Assembly: GCF_001194135.2 (NCBI RefSeq)
Contig: NC_069008.1
Location: forward strand, 16,206,359-16,270,358
Length of the DNA: 64,000 nt
DNA from: Octopus bimaculoides
Lineage: Eukaryota
Reading direction: 5' to 3'
Numbering within the stretch: the stretch's first letter is position 1; each line of letters starts with the position of its first letter. The notes beneath the pieces were generated by a model, which saw only the letters and a program-made list of their open reading frames with translations, did not search any database and was not told where the DNA came from. A program made the translations under genes and the position numbers. Shown here piece after piece: positions 49,364 through 63,579 of the stretch.

Positions 49364-52300
49364 ACAGCTCTCTAGTAAATAAAACAAAAAATGTTAAGAT
49401 AAAGTGAGGAAAGAAATAATATCTTGATGCAAATCACCATGGTTACTGTGGTAAATATCTGGCTGTGATAAACGAATCTTTATTATTGTCACCAGCGGCC
49501 TTGGTGGTGATGTTCTAAAAGATATATTTTATACTTTGTGATTAATATTGCTTAAGGCGGCGAGCGGTCCAGATGGATAATATGTAAACGGAACCCCCCC
49601 CCTTAATTTTATTATTATCNNNNNNNNNNNNNNNNNNNNNNNNNNNNNNNNNNNNNNNNNNNNNNNNNNNNNNNNNNNNNNNNNNNNNNNNNNNNNNNNN
49701 NNNNNNNNNNNNNNNNNNNNNNNNNNNNNNNNNNNNNNNNNNNNNNNNNNNNNNNNNNNNNNNNNNNNNNNNNNNNNNNNNNNNNNNNNNNNNNNNNNNN
49801 NNNNNNNNNNNNNNNNNNNNNNNNNNNNNNNNNNNNNNNNNNNNNNNNNNNNNNNNNNNNNNNNNNNNNNNNNNNNNNNNNNNNNNNNNNNNNNNNNNNN
49901 NNNNNNNNNNNNNNNNNNNNNNNNNNNNNNNTATTATTATCTTTTTTTTTGTTTTTACGGAATCCCACGTTTTAGGCTATGGAGATTCCGATTCTGAAAA
50001 AAATAATTGTGTGTAAAATTTCAATTTCCCCACCCCCAAGCAGGCTACTGACATGCTAGAAATAACAGCCAAATCTCACAAAACTGCGATAACATAAAGC
50101 AAGAAATGTGTAATCAATCTGCTCACCTTTCTGTAGAGATTTCTTTCAGAGTAATTTCTCGCAGTAATATGAAATTAGAGCGTTTTTTTTTGTTTTTTTT
50201 TTAATTTCAGAAATATAACAGTTTTGTAGAGAAGTGTCTTTGGGGAATCCGTGCTGGTGGAGTTGAGGGGAGGGGGATAAACTTCCGTAATGTGTTCGAG
50301 AAATGTATAGAAATTCTCGAAGTTTTTGAATATACGCCACCGATGCCGTTCAAGCAAACAACAAATTATCAACGAAACTGACCATTAGGTGTGTTTGGTA
50401 GTTAGAAAAGGAAATAAAATTATGAGGGAATTAACATAAATAAGTCAACTTACTGTTAAACGACTTACACCTTCGCTATAGCAACCAAAAAGTGAACAAA
50501 TGTATAAATAGTTAAAACTATCTTGTGTTAAGGTGAACGTTAATGTTTGTGAATAAGACAGGGCAACCTACGTATTCCAGGGTCGGCGAACCATTACTTT
50601 TGGGATTAAATATTTGATTGTAGTATTAAGTCGCTAATTGGTTGTCCCCTATTTTACGAGACAGTGGTAAATGGCTTTTAATCAACAAATCAATCAATGC
50701 ACTTTCCTCTCCCTTCCGGAATTTTTTCATCTGGACTTTAAATAGAGAGCACAAATTAGTTTCATCGCTATTGTTGCATGCTTCCACCAATTGAGTTCAG
50801 GAGAAGACCCGGTCGCCAAAAAGAAAAAAAAAATTCTAATGATAAGTAGAAAATGTATTGGTCTATAGATAGCAAATGTTCCACTTGTATGAAGAGAGGT
50901 GTATGATATCGAAGACAAGAAGCTGAACCATAATTACATACCGTTTTGTAGCAGCTTTCGTTGGCTGTTTAAATGCGTGGTATTAAATAGAAAAACAATA
51001 AGACATTTTTGTGTATAAATATATTGTTTATTGTGATCACCTTTTGTGGTGGAAGCATGTAGTTTGATACAAAAAAGTGCTTATATACAAAGAAAGTTTT
51101 GATTTTTGCTTTTGCACTGAAATGAGTAACATATAATATTTGTATTACAGTATGCATGTTTATGCGTAAGGAGAACGGCCATTTTGAGAATGATATATCT
51201 TGTGTTGAGGTGAACAGACACGTGAGTCACATGTGGGAGATTGCGCGTGCAGGAAATGAGTTTCTACAGTTTAACTCAAAAGGCTAGATGCCTCATCAAT
51301 ATATTCATCTGCTGTGCTGGTAGACTCATCTATTACGATGTAATATGTAGCTCTTCCACAATTTCAAACGTTTCTCAGCTTACAAGCAATTCCTGGAGAT
51401 ATAACATAGGAAACTTGTAACACAACTATTTTTAATATAGATTTACAAGTACAGTTCTATATTTGAGACATGAGGAATTATATACACTATTTATATTTGA
51501 CGGATATTTGTCTATAACTTGTTTATTGTTAACACAACGTTTCGGCTGATATACTCTCCAGCCTTCATCAGGTGTCTTGGGGGAATTTTCGAACCTGGGT
51601 TCTCGTTCCCATGGTATTTTTCAATGTTGTTGTTATTATTATTCAGGTCACTGCCTAGAATTCAAATCAGAATCTTTGGTTTAGTAGTGGGCTACTAAAC
51701 CAAAGATTCTGATTTTAACTACTTTTAGTAGCCCATGCTACTAAAAGTAGTTAAAAGTAATGTAACATGTGGAAGAGAGCACATATGTGGTTATTGTTGT
51801 TGGTAGCTGTGAAACTGCATTAGTTTTGTTGATTCTGTTGTTTTTATTGTTGTTGTTTGTGTTGAGACTTTGAGAGCCACAGTGGAGCATCTCTTTCGAC
51901 CCGATTCCAGCCACACATGACTGACATTCCTGTCTGGCAGAGTCGGTCGTTGCTTTGCTGGCTAGTAGTGGGATTAGATTAATCTTCATCTCTTACAACT
52001 GCAACATTGCCTGCAGAATAGTTCACCATGTTGGCAAATATCTATAGGTTTGAGAGATAAAATGAAGACTGGATGAATCTGGAATGAGTACAGAAGCCCA
52101 TTCCGTACATAATGTATGAAGGTGTGTATTTCTGAAAGTGCAACTTTCGTTTTTGGGCCTTTCTTATGACCACTTGACCCTCCTTGAGTGTCACAATTTG
52201 CTCTCTTTTATTTAATGGATAATTCAGCAGGGAAAGGAGGAGGCTAGTTTGTGTGTGTGTGTGTGTACTCATCCACAGTTCCTGATGTTGTTGCTGTAAT

Positions 52301-53354
52301 GTGGGTAGTAAATGGGTCGGAGTTGTTTTCATACAGGGAAAGAATGCCTTCTTGCCTTCACCATGAATAACACCTGACCTATCTACCTTCATCTTCAGAA
52401 GAAAAGCAAAACAATTTTCAGAGACAGACTCAGAAAAGTAGAAAAAAAATAATGTAAAAAATTCCCAGCATAAAATCAGCATCATTTTCATGTATATCGC
52501 CAGTTTCTGAAGGAAGAGGGGAAATAAGCTGGCAAATTTCTTAGTGATATTTCATTTGTCCTTATATTCTGCGTTCAGACTCTGCAGAGGTCAACTTTGC
52601 CTTTCACTCTTTCGTGGCCAATTATTGAATCACCAATTTAGATTCAGATGAAAATCAAGAGCTACCAAAGCCTTTCGATTTCAATTTCTAGTCATCTTCT
52701 GCTCTCAAATTTCTCCAGTTTCAACAAATTTGGTCCAGATTTTGCTGCAGAACTTATTACTTCGACTATGGTTCATGGCATTTGCAATCTTCTTCATTCA
52801 CCCAAGTCTCTTATGACTGTGCATCACAACATGTTTGACAAATGGGACTTGTACAGAGAATATTCAGATTCTCCTCCTTGGTAAGGCTCCTAGGTTAATT
52901 TACTAAAGTCTCCACAGATTCGAGAAATGGTTTATCCACAAACTTATGCTTCTTGGGAGTGTAAGAAACAACATTTCCATATCTTTCTTTTCTTTCTGGC
53001 TCCAAAACACAATCTTCAACTTGGTCCCTTCCTTTGTTTCTTTCCATAACTTTATAAACATGGATGAAATGCTGATAGGAATTTTTACCAGACATGCAAA
53101 CAATTCTGCCACCCTGCTGCCTTATTATTTAATCTCGACTTTAAATACAGCAACAGTATCTTTCCTATGTCCTTGAAGTATGTGATATCGACTATATATA
53201 AAAGCATGTTTATACTTGAAACCTATATGATTACTGTCAAGAGGTCAATGATTACAGTTAAGGGCACAAAAGTTAAGCAATGATTTAGAAAAGAAAATGG
53301 TTTTAAAATATTGGTTCTTGTTGGGTGTTCTAATGAATTCTGACAATGATACAA

Positions 53355-54545
53355 TCACACTTTCACATGGATAGACTTATGTCTAGTTAATTTACTTCTT
53401 TGAGAGAATGATTTACTACAGACATCACAGTGATATGGTCTCTCCCCTGTATGACTACGTTTGTGTATAGTTAAGTTGGGCCTCTGAGAGAATGATTTAC
53501 CACAAATATCACAGTGATATGGTTTTTCACCGGTATGTATACGATTATGTATCGTTAAGGCATACCTTTGAGTGAATGACTTGCTACAGATATCACAGCG
53601 ATATGGTCTCTCTCTTGTATGAATACGTTTGTGTTTAAACAAGTCAGAGATAACAGAGAATGATTTACCACAGATATCACAATCATATGGTGGTTCTCTC
53701 GTATGAATAAGCTTGTGTCTAGTCAACTGACTACTCACAGAGAATGATTTACCACAGACATCACAATGAAATCGCTTTTCTCCAGTATGAATAAGTTTGT
53801 GCGTAGTTAAGCTACATTTTGCAGAGAATGATTTACCACAGATATCACAATGATATGGTTTCTCTCCCGTATGAATACGTCTGTGTTTAGTCAAGTCACC
53901 AATTCGAGAGAATGATTTATCACAGACATCACAGTGAAATGGCTTTTCTCCTGTATGAATACGTATGTGTTTAGTTAAGCTACCTTTTGTAGAAACTGAT
54001 TTACCACAGATAACACAGTGAAATGGCTTTTCTCCTGTATGAGTACGTTTGTGTGTAGTCAAGTCATTACTCCTAGAGAATGATTTACCACAGATAACAC
54101 AGTGAAATCGCTTTTCACCTGTATGAACATATTTGTGCGAAATTAAATAATCTTTTGTAGAGAATGAGTGACCACAAATAACACAGTGAAATGGCTTCTC
54201 TCCTGTATGAATATGCTTGTGTCTTTTTAAGTTACCTTTCAAAGAGAATGATTTACCACAGGTATCACAGTGAAATGGCTTCTCACCTGTATGAATACGC
54301 ATGTGTTGTCTTAAGTTATCGTTTTGAGAGAATGACTTACCACAGGTATCACAGTGATATGGTTCCTCTCCTGTATGAATACGATTGTGTATTCTTAATT
54401 TAGCATTGTGACAAAATGATTTACCACAGATAACACAGCGAAATGGCTTCTCACCTGTATGAACAGGACTGTGTTGAATCAAATTACTATGTCTAGAGAA
54501 TGATTTACCACAAATTTTACAATGATATCCCAATGCGTTTGCCAT
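53355..54545 (-). CDS. Z8: C2H2 zinc-finger protein, 14 fingers
   Basis: Intact [17 protein letters not shown]...SIHVKV*. ATG at 54545. Confidence 0.93.
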   Translation of the reverse strand: MANALGYHCKICGKSFSRHSNLIQHSPVHTGEKPFRCVICGKSFCHNAKLRIHNRIHTGEEPYHCDTCGKSFSQNDNLRQHMRIHTGEKPFHCDTCGKSFSLKGNLKRHKHIHTGEKPFHCVICGHSFSTKDYLISHKYVHTGEKRFHCVICGKSFSRSNDLTTHKRTHTGEKPFHCVICGKSVSTKGSLTKHIRIHTGEKPFHCDVCDKSFSRIGDLTKHRRIHTGEKPYHCDICGKSFSAKCSLTTHKLIHTGEKRFHCDVCGKSFSVSSQLTRHKLIHTREPPYDCDICGKSFSVISDLFKHKRIHTRERPYRCDICSKSFTQRYALTIHNRIHTGEKPYHCDICGKSFSQRPNLTIHKRSHTGERPYHCDVCSKSFSQRSKLTRHKSIHVKV

Positions 54546-55109
54546 TTCTCTAAAAGATACAAATAAATCCAACCATTCAAGTTTTTCAAAGTATTAAATT
54601 TTTCCCTTATCCTTCTTTTCTCAACATAGCGTATAATTTTCGTATTCTTGGTTTTGTTATAATTTATTCCTAAGAAATATTTCTGCTGCTATCAAGTTAT
54701 GGATATCTAAAATTGTGTAAACTGTTTTGCAAATATATTCAAGTTCAATTAGAATGCAAAAGCACCTGATAATGAAATGGAGAAATGCTGCTATAAATCT
54801 CAGCTCACAGGAAATATTTCATAGTAATTCAAACCTATATTTATAGCAGTTGGGATATCATATTTGCTCTCTAAAACATTCTCGTTATGGTTTTCAAAAA
54901 ACATGGTAAATATTCCAGATGTATGCAACGTACATTTTTTCTGTGCCAATGCCATCCATTAATCTGAAATAATAAAGAAACAGAATTAGATATAGAGGAG
55001 AGATCAAAACGGAAATGTTCCAACATTTCTTTATTGATTAACAAATGACATCATATAACAGGGTGAAATCTAAAAATTTGTGAATCACAACTAGACCTAG
55101 ACATTGAGT

Positions 55110-55140
<31 letters not shown>

Positions 55141-55639
55141 CATAAACAATTAAGTATTTATACACGAAAGAGGTGACCTTTGATAGGATATCTCTTTCAT
55201 ATTTCAATACTTAAAATGTTTAAGCACTATTATATATGAATATATGTTATCTATTGACTAAAATTTTTCTAAATTTTTTACCCTTATTNNNNNNNNNNNN
55301 NNNNNNNNNNNNNNNNNNNNNNNNNNNNNNNNNNNNNNNNNNNNNNNNNNNNNNNNNNNNNNNNNNNNNNNNNNNNNNNNNNNNNNNNNNNNNNNNNNNN
55401 NNNNNNNNNNNNNNNNNNNNNNNNNNNNNNNNNNNNNNNNNNNNNNNNNNNNNNNNNNNNNNNNNNNNNNNNNNNNNNNNNNNNNNNNNNNNNNNNNNNN
55501 NNNNNNNNNNNNNNNNNNNNNNNNNNNNNNNNNNNATTAACATGTCATGTTTTTACAAATCACCTATTTTCATCTACTTCAATAGATTCTTCAGATTTAA
55601 ATTGTGCGAAGGGAGTTGTCTCTTTTTATAGGGTTAAGT

Positions 55640-56165
55640 GAGTCTCAAGAGCAATGAAACTGGACATCACAGAACTCAGAACTCCTAAAAAGAAAAACAA
55701 AGAAAACGTCAGCCCATTCATAAACACACACAACCATGGCGTTACCAACATGTTTCAAATTATACAATCAAACTTACCAATAGTCCTACAAAGCCACCAA
55801 ATGAGAAACCTATTAAATAAATACTGCATAAGAAACAGTAAACGCCCAGAGAAAAAGCTGGAAAAAACAACTGACAAGAGTGAAATTCTCATCAGAGAAT
55901 GAAACCGAAATCTTTGTGAGAGAATGTGATGTGGGATCTGCAGTAAAGCTATCTACAAATATATAGAGGGGAACAAACAGATAAAATTTAAGAGAGGACA
56001 CATTCAAAGGAAATGCGAACATGAATTGCAACCAGAATTCACCGACAACATATCCGACAGGGAGAGCTACAAAAAATTCCACTAAGTAAACACAAAGAAG
56101 CATGTGGAGAAGGAAGATTCACGATCTTTCCCTTCTAGAAATGTCCAAGGCATGACATCTTCAGA
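55640..56165 (+). mobile_element. Penelope-like element fragment (RT C-terminus / GIY-YIG region), decayed
   Basis: PFINTHN...FQIIQSNLPIVLQ...NSKRPEKKL, then FKGNANMNCN and KIPLSKHKEACGEGRFTIFPF. Recognised by recalled similarity to PLE ORFs; no search was run. Confidence 0.55.
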
Positions 56166-57437
56166 AAAAAAAAANNNNNNNNNNNNNNNNNNNNNNNNNN
56201 NNNNNNNNNNNNNNNNNNNNNNNNNNNNNNNNNNNNNNNNNNNNNNNNNNNNNNNNNNNNNNNNNNNNNNNNNNNNNNNNNNNNNNNNNNNNNNNNNNNN
56301 NNNNNNNNNNNNNNNNNNNNNNNNNNNNNNNNNNNNNNNNNNNNNNNNNNNNNNNNNNNNNNNNNNNNNNNNNNNNNNNNNNNNNNNNNNNNNNNNNNNN
56401 NNNNNNNNNNNNNNNNNNNNNNNNNNNNNNNNNNNNNNNNNNNNNNNNNNNNNNNNNNNNNNNNNNNNNNNNNNNNNNNNNNNNNNNNNNNNNNNNNNNN
56501 NNNNNNNNNNNNNNNNNNNNNNNNNNNNNNNNNNNNNNNNNNNNNNNNNNNNNNNNNNNNNNNNNNNNNNNNNNNNNNNNNNNNNNNNNNNNNNNNNNNN
56601 NNNNNNNNNNNNNNNNNNNNNNNNNNNNNNNNNNNNNNNNNNNNNNNNNNNNNNNNNNNNNNNNNNNNNNNNNNNNNNNNNNNNNNNNNNNNNNNNNNNN
56701 NNNNNNNNNNNNNNNNNNNNNNNNNNNNNNNNNNNNNNNNNNNNNNNNNNNNNNNNNNNNNNNNNNNNNNNNNNNNNNNNNNNNNNNNNNNNNNNNNNNN
56801 NNNNNNNNNNNNNNNNNNNNNNNNNNNNNNNNNNNNNAACCCTAACCCTTGGGTTAGGGATAGGGTTAGGATCGACCACTCAAGACTAGCTAGCGCGGAC
56901 GCGCGACTGCGCTGCTTTAGTAGTACCAGCAACTGTTCCAGTCACCTACTTGAAAATATTCACTTCCTTTATTCTGTTCAAAACACTTCCTTTCAGATAC
57001 AGGCACACACACGCACATACATGCAAACACATACTCTCCCTCACTCCACCATCTCCCTCTTTTCCTACATTTTACACTCCACATTACTCCCCCACCCCAA
57101 CCTATTCACTAATACTATAAAAAGAGACGAATAGCTTCACACAGTTGGCGATCTGTTCTTCGGTCAAAGTTTGTCTACTTAGGAACATTCTGCTCAACAT
57201 GGCCCACTGTAGTAAATCAATCTCAATTAGATATGACCAGAGAAGCTAAAGAGAAAGGGTGACAGCACGGAAGGCCACAGTGCCCCGGGACCCACAAAGT
57301 GTAAAGCGGGAACATAGTCAGAGACAGGAAATGGGAACGAACACTCAATACACGGTATAAGTATTCCCGGATTTCTGCAAACCAGATAAGAGATAGGGCA
57401 CGTACGATCAATCGATAGATAGATGTGTATATCTTAC

Positions 57438-57566
57438 CTGTCATGCTATACAAATCAATATTTAGGGGCAAAATATGTTTACTCACATCAAAATATCCGT
57501 GAAAACATACAAAAAGACGTTATTATTATTCACCAAATTGAAACAGCTTTTAGCGGAAACGGAAGT
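57438..57566 (-). promoter_or_regulatory. Z8 promoter motif and putative exon 1
   Basis: CGGAAACGGAAGT at 57554-57566 and donor at 57438/57437. Acceptor at 54964/54963. Confidence 0.65.
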
Positions 57567-58004
57567 TGTGTCTATCACGTGACAAGAATAAACCCACCGC
57601 TCTCTAGTGAATAAGGCCAAAAAACTTACGATAAATGTAAAGAAAAGAAATAACAAAAATAATAGTTTGATGCAAATCACCATGGTTACTGTGGTTAATA
57701 ACTGACTATGCTAAGCGAATGTTCATTATTGTCAGCAGCGGCCGTGGTGGTGATGTCCTAAAAGATATATTTTGGGTACTATTTCAGGAGAGTGTACCCG
57801 ACGGGCGCACCCGATTTAGTCAGTGGACGGGCGCACACACGCAAGTCAGGTGCACTCCGAGAAAAAAAAAACAAAAAAAACCTCCACACGTATAAAGATT
57901 GTAAACAGCAAATTGGGTGGGGGTGGGGACTTAAAGTATGTATCTGTCTATCTATCTATCTGTCAATCTCTAATAAAACAAATAACGAATTGAATGAATC
58001 TCTT

Positions 58005-58208
58005 TTACTCTTTTACTTGTTTCAGTCTTTTGACTGTGGCCATGCAGGAGCACCGCCTTTAGTCGAGCAAATCGACCCCAGGACTTATTCTTTAGAAGCC
58101 TAGTACTTATTCTATCGGTCTCTTTTGCCGAACCGCTAAGTTACGGGGACATAAACACACCAGCATCGGTTGTCAAGCGATGTTGGGGGGACACACATAC
58201 AAACATAT

Positions 58209-58241
<33 letters not shown>

Positions 58242-58410
58242 CACATATACGACGGGCTTCTTTCAGTTTCCGTCTACCAAATCCACTCACAAGGCTTTGG
58301 TCAGCCCGAGGCTATAGTAGAAGACACCTGCCCAAGGTGCCACGCAGTGGGACTGAACCCGGGACCATGTGGTTTGTAAGCAAGCTACTTACCACACAGC
58401 CACTCCTACG
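58005..58410 (-). mobile_element. SINE family B, full-length copy
   Basis: tRNA-like head, internal (CA)/(TA) tract and tail ...GCTCCAGCATGGCC...ACTGAAACAAGTAAAAG. Full copy at 63580-63960(+). Partial copies at about 6870-7010, 8820-9015, 9075-9135, 20085-20170, 41030-41200 and 63200-63405. Confidence 0.85.
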
Positions 58411-59349
58411 CCTATGAATGAAAATAAAACGAATTTTGAATTTGATAAGATGTTACTTAAAGGTTGTCAAAAAGGAAGGTGAAAACAATGAAATAAAAAA
58501 TGTTATTTAAAAGAGAACCATTCTGAAAGATGTTTTAGAATGTTCTGAAAACGTTCAACCCCAGTTTTCCCTCCAAAGAAACTCAGTCGGGAAAAATGCA
58601 AATTGTAGATTCACGAGTATGATGAGAGCACACAAAATCCCCACCTCCCCGATTTACTGTTTAAACCGCTTGACAGCCTGGCTCGAATTGATTGAGACAT
58701 TCCGCGTCAACAATGGACAGGAGGCAACGTGTATCTATGCGCGATGCTCGCAGTTGGTTGAACCAACCAAATCACGCAGAGCTGAATACAGATCTGGCAA
58801 AGGGAAAGTAGTCCTCCAACAAGTTGAACTAATAAAACATCACTTACTGTTACGAAACAATGTGGAACATGATAAATGTTCAAATAATCCGTAGATAGTT
58901 ATCAAGTTCTAGAATATTCTTCTATTATATAGTTTCTTCGTGGGATTGAGTTGAGACACAAATATACATATTATTCGCTTGACATCCTCGTCAATAAGAG
59001 ACAGGAGGCAGCGTGTATCTATGCGCGATGCTGGCTGTTGGTTGAACCAACCAAATCACGCAGAGCTGGATGCAGATATTGACAAAGGGAAAGTAGTCCT
59101 CCAACAGGTTGAACGAAATCTACTTTATTTATATGTAGTAATTATCATGTGTTAAGGTGAACGTTAGTGTTTGTGAATAAGATGGGGGAGACTTAAGTAT
59201 TTCAGGGTCGGTGAAGCATCACATTCATGATTAACCATTTCATTTCTAGAAAGGAATGAGGCTGGTTTTCTGTTCTGGGTGTGTTATGTAAGTGTACATA
59301 TTTGATAGAGTTCTAGTGTTTTCAGAGAGAATTTAGCGGAAGAGGAATT

Positions 59350-59500
59350 AGATGCTGTGTGCAAGAGAGAAGACTGCACTGGTTTGATATTGTGATGCCG
59401 AAGGATGCAGATAGCTCCATAAAGAACTGCTGGTCTCTCAAAGTAGATGGAATATGTGGAATTGAGAGACTGAGGAAGACATGGGATGAAGAACTGAAGA
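59350..59500 (+). mobile_element. RTE-clade LINE fragment (C-terminus of ORF2)
   Basis: ERRLHWFDIVM...VDGICGIERLRKTWDEELK resembles the RRLRWFGHV...RGRPRKTW motif of RTE-type RT ends. Confidence 0.6.
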
Positions 59501-60135
59501 ATGTCTCCAGTTTCAACAAATTTGGTCCAGATTTTGCTGCAGAGCTTATTACTTCGACTATGCTTCATGGCATTTGCATTCTTCTTCATTCAACCAATTC
59601 TCTTATGACTGTGCATCACAACATGTTTGACAAATGGGACTTGTACAGAGAATATTCAGATTCTCCTCCTTGGTAAGGCTCCTAGGTTAATTTACTAAAG
59701 TCTCCAAGATTCTTTCATCTTGGCTTCAAAATACAATCTTCAACTTGATCATTTCCTTCGTTTCTTTCCATAACTTAATAAAGACAAATGAAATGCTGAT
59801 AAGCATTTTACCAGACATGCTAACAATTCTGCCAGTTTGCTGTCTTATTATTTACCAAAGACATTAAAAATAATGACAGTATCTTTCCTATATCCATGAA
59901 GTATGTTATATGGAATTGAAACATGTATGGTTACTGTCAAGGGTTCAATTATTATAGTTAAGGGCACAAAAGTTAAGCAATGATTTAGAAGAGAAAATGG
60001 TTTTAAAATATTAGTTCTTACTGGGTGTTTTAATAAATTTTGACAATAATATAATCACACTTTTACATGGATAGACTTATGTCTAGCTAAGTTATATCTC
60101 TGATAGAATGATTTACTACAGACATCATAGTGATC

Positions 60136-61170
60136 TCATGTCTCTCCTGTATGAATACGTTTGTGACTAGTTAAGCTGTTGCTCTGAGAGAATGATTTAC
60201 CACAGATATCACAATGATATGCTTTTTCTCCCGTATGAGTACGTCTGTGTTTAGTCAAGTCACCAATCCTAGAAAATGCTTTACCACAGACATTACAGTG
60301 AAATGGCTTTTCTCCAGTATGAATATGTTTATGTTGAATTAAATGAGAAATTGTGCAGAATGATTTACCACAGATATCACAATTATATGGTTTCTCTCCT
60401 GTATGAATACGTCTGTGTTTAGTCAAGTCACTACTCCCAGAGAATGATTTATCACAGACATCACACTGAAATGGCTTTTCTCCTGTATGAATACGTATGT
60501 GTTTAGTTAAGCTACCTTTTGTAGAAACTGATTTACCACAGATAACACAGTGAAATGGCTTTTCTCCTGTATGAATCCGTATGTGTTGACTTAAGCTACT
60601 GGCATGAGAGAATGATTTACCACAGGTATCACAGTGAAATGGCTTTTCACCTGTATGAATATATTTGTGCGTAATTAAGTAATCTTTTGTAGAGAATGAT
60701 TCACCACAGATAACACAGTGAAATGGCTTTTCTTTTGTATGGAAATGTTTGTGTCTTTTTAAGTTACCTTTCGTAGAGAATGATTTACCACAGGTATCAC
60801 AGTGAAATGGCTTCTCACCTGTATGAATATAGTTGTGTGTAATTAAGCTATCTTTTGCAGAGAATGATTTACCACAGGTATCACAGTGAAATGGCTGCTC
60901 ACCTGTATGAATATTTTTGTGTGCAATTAAGCTACCTTTTGAAGACAATGATTTACCACAGGTATCACAGTTGTATGGTTTCTCTCCTGTATGAATACGT
61001 ATGTGTTTAGTTAAGTTACCGTTTTGACAGAATGATTTACCACAGGTAACACAGCGAAATGGCTTCTCACCTGTATGAACACGAATGTGTTTAACCAAAT
61101 TACTATGTGTAGAGAATGATTTACCACAAATTTTACAATGATAGCCTAATTTCTCTAATGCTTTTGACAT
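60136..61170 (-). CDS. Z9: C2H2 zinc-finger protein, 12 fingers; 13th finger lost by an in-frame TGA
   Basis: ATG at 61170. Ends HTGET*. The same frame continues [26 protein letters not shown] to the ancestral stop at 60055-60057. Confidence 0.92.
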   Translation of the reverse strand: MSKALEKLGYHCKICGKSFSTHSNLVKHIRVHTGEKPFRCVTCGKSFCQNGNLTKHIRIHTGEKPYNCDTCGKSLSSKGSLIAHKNIHTGEQPFHCDTCGKSFSAKDSLITHNYIHTGEKPFHCDTCGKSFSTKGNLKRHKHFHTKEKPFHCVICGESFSTKDYLITHKYIHTGEKPFHCDTCGKSFSHASSLSQHIRIHTGEKPFHCVICGKSVSTKGSLTKHIRIHTGEKPFQCDVCDKSFSGSSDLTKHRRIHTGEKPYNCDICGKSFCTISHLIQHKHIHTGEKPFHCNVCGKAFSRIGDLTKHRRTHTGEKAYHCDICGKSFSQSNSLTSHKRIHTGET

Positions 61171-61735
61171 TTCTCTAAGAGATACAAATAAATCCAACCA
61201 TTCAAGTTTTTCAAAGTATTAAAGTTTTCCCTTATCCTTTTTTTCTCAACACAGCGTATAATTTTCTTATTCTTGGTTTTGTTATAATTTATTCCTAAGA
61301 AATATTTCTGCTGCTATCAAGTTATGGATATCTAAAATTGTGTAAACTGCTTTGCAAATATATTCAAGTTCAATTAGAATGCAAAAGCACCAGACAATGA
61401 AATGGAGAAATATTGCTATGAATCTCAGCTCACAGCAAATATTTCACAGTAATTCAACCATAGATTTCTAAAGGTTGGGTTATTATATCTGTTCTCTTAA
61501 ACGTTTTCCTTTAGTCTTTAAGACATGATAAATATTCCAGATGTATCCAATGTTAAAAAAGTTGTTTCATGCCAATGTCATCCATTAATCTGAAATAATA
61601 AAGAAACAGTATTAGATATGGAGGAGAGATCAAAACGGAAATGTTCCAACATTTCTTTATTGATTAACAAATGACATCATATAACATAGGGTGAATTCTA
61701 AAAATTTGTGAATCACAATTACCCCTAGCCATTGA

Positions 61736-61741
<6 letters not shown>

Positions 61742-61799
<58 letters not shown>

Positions 61800-61815
61800 A
61801 TGTGTGTGTGTATAT
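61742..61815. repeat. (TA)n/(TG)n microsatellite, representative of many
   Basis: Directly visible. Others include (GATA)n at 7180-7230 and 7575-7625, and (TA)n at 9465-9500 and 62420-62447. Many gaps start in such tracts. Confidence 0.95.
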
Positions 61816-61828
61816 ATTTACATACATA

Positions 61829-62292
61829 TAAACAATTAAGTATTTATACACGAAAGAGGTGACCTTTGTTAGGACACCTTACATGCTAGAAAGGGCAGTC
61901 AAAGCCCAAACTACGAATAAAAGCAATTCCAAAGGGAATGAAAATATAAAATATTTTTGTAGTTATCCTCAAACTCGAGTTTCTGTATCATTGTGCAAAT
62001 AAATTAATTTGCGATCCATTCTTCATCAGTGCCATGGATTTGAGAATGATAATGCATAAGTATGTAACATGTGTGATTTTGGTGCAATTTGCTGCATAAA
62101 TCTGCATTAATTTTTGCGAACCTCACTGATGAAGGACGGATTGCAAGAGTTTGGTAACTACAATTTTTTTTTTATTTTCATTCCCTTTGAAGTTGCTTTT
62201 ATTCGTGGTTTGGGCTTTGACTGCCCTTTCTAGCACGTAAGGTGCCCTGGGAAAGGGAACCGCTTTCACGTGTAAATACTTAAATTGTTTAT
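61829..62292. mobile_element. Fold-back (MITE-like) element in Z9 intron 1
   Basis: 61872-61950 is inverted at 62170-62247. Outer arms AAACAATTAAGTATTTA... / ...TAAATACTTAAATTGTTT. An internally deleted version lies at about 55143-55230. Confidence 0.7.
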
Positions 62293-62414
62293 ATACTATT
62301 GTATATAAATATATGCTATTGACTTTATTACTAAATTTTTTCTAAATTTTCTACCCTTATTATTTTCACAATATCTATATATATATATAACCGTATGGGT
62401 TAAAGATATTAACC

Positions 62415-62449
<35 letters not shown>

Positions 62450-62833
62450 AAGATCAGAATAATGGAGAACAATGTACTTTTCTCATAAGAAATATTGCTG
62501 TTGCTCTTTTCCTACCAGATCAGAAGCAACTGAGCTCACATATGATCCAAGACACCTCATCCGTGACTATCCTGTTTTTCCTTCTCACATTATATATAAG
62601 GTTTACATCAGCAAGTAATCTTCAATTTTCAGGAGCAGAAGGTTTGAGTAGAATTTAGCTGTTGTTACTAGAAGGAGATGTGACCATATATAGATGAAAA
62701 TATTGATGAAAAAGTAGTGTAAAGTTGAAAACCTGATCATCTTCAGAGACAGGAATGTATTCCCGGATTTCTGCAAGCCAGATAAGAGATCCGGCACGTA
62801 CGATCAATCAATAGATAGGTGTGTATATCTTAC

Positions 62834-62961
62834 CTGTTATGCTATACAAATCGATATTTAGTGTGAAAATATATGTACTCTGATCAAAATCCATGAAAAC
62901 ATAGAAAAACACGTTATTGTTTATTCTCCAGATTGAAAAAGCTTTTAGCGGAAACGGAAGT
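62834..62961 (-). promoter_or_regulatory. Z9 promoter motif and putative exon 1
   Basis: CGGAAACGGAAGT at 62949-62961 and donor at 62834/62833. Acceptor at 61590/61589. Confidence 0.65.
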
Positions 62962-63579
62962 AGAGGGAAAAAAGTAAATACCCCGCTCTCTAGTAAATAA
63001 AACCAAAATAAAGTTACGATATACATTTCAGGAATTTGGTTACACCGAAGCTGGGGTACCGTATTAAGTGGTTTTAGTCAAAGAAATCAACCACAGGACT
63101 ATATTGCATGAAATTGGTCCTACAGCCTTACAAGATCAACCACAGGACTAAGCTACGGGGACGTAAATACACCTGCATCAGCTGTCAAGCGATCCTGGAG
63201 TGGGGGACCCAGACACACCCACCACATAAATACATATCCGACGGGCTTCTTTTAGTTTCCATGTAATAAATAGACTCACAACGTGTTGGTCGGCCCAAGA
63301 CTATAGAAGAGGACACTTGCCTAATGTACCACGTACTGGAATTGAACCTCAACGCGTGTGGTTGGGATGCAAGCTTCCTAACACATAGCCATGTCTGAGC
63401 CTATTGCGAGAGAGGCACGTACGATCAATCGATAAAGACCCTCACCCGGGAACAAAAACAATAATTAACCAGCCTGGTGGGGTGTTTTTGCTCGAGTAGA
63501 GGCGGTGCTCCAGCATGGCCGCAGTCAAATGACTGAAACAAGTAAAAGAATAAAGAGTGTATATATACTCTCCTGGGAA

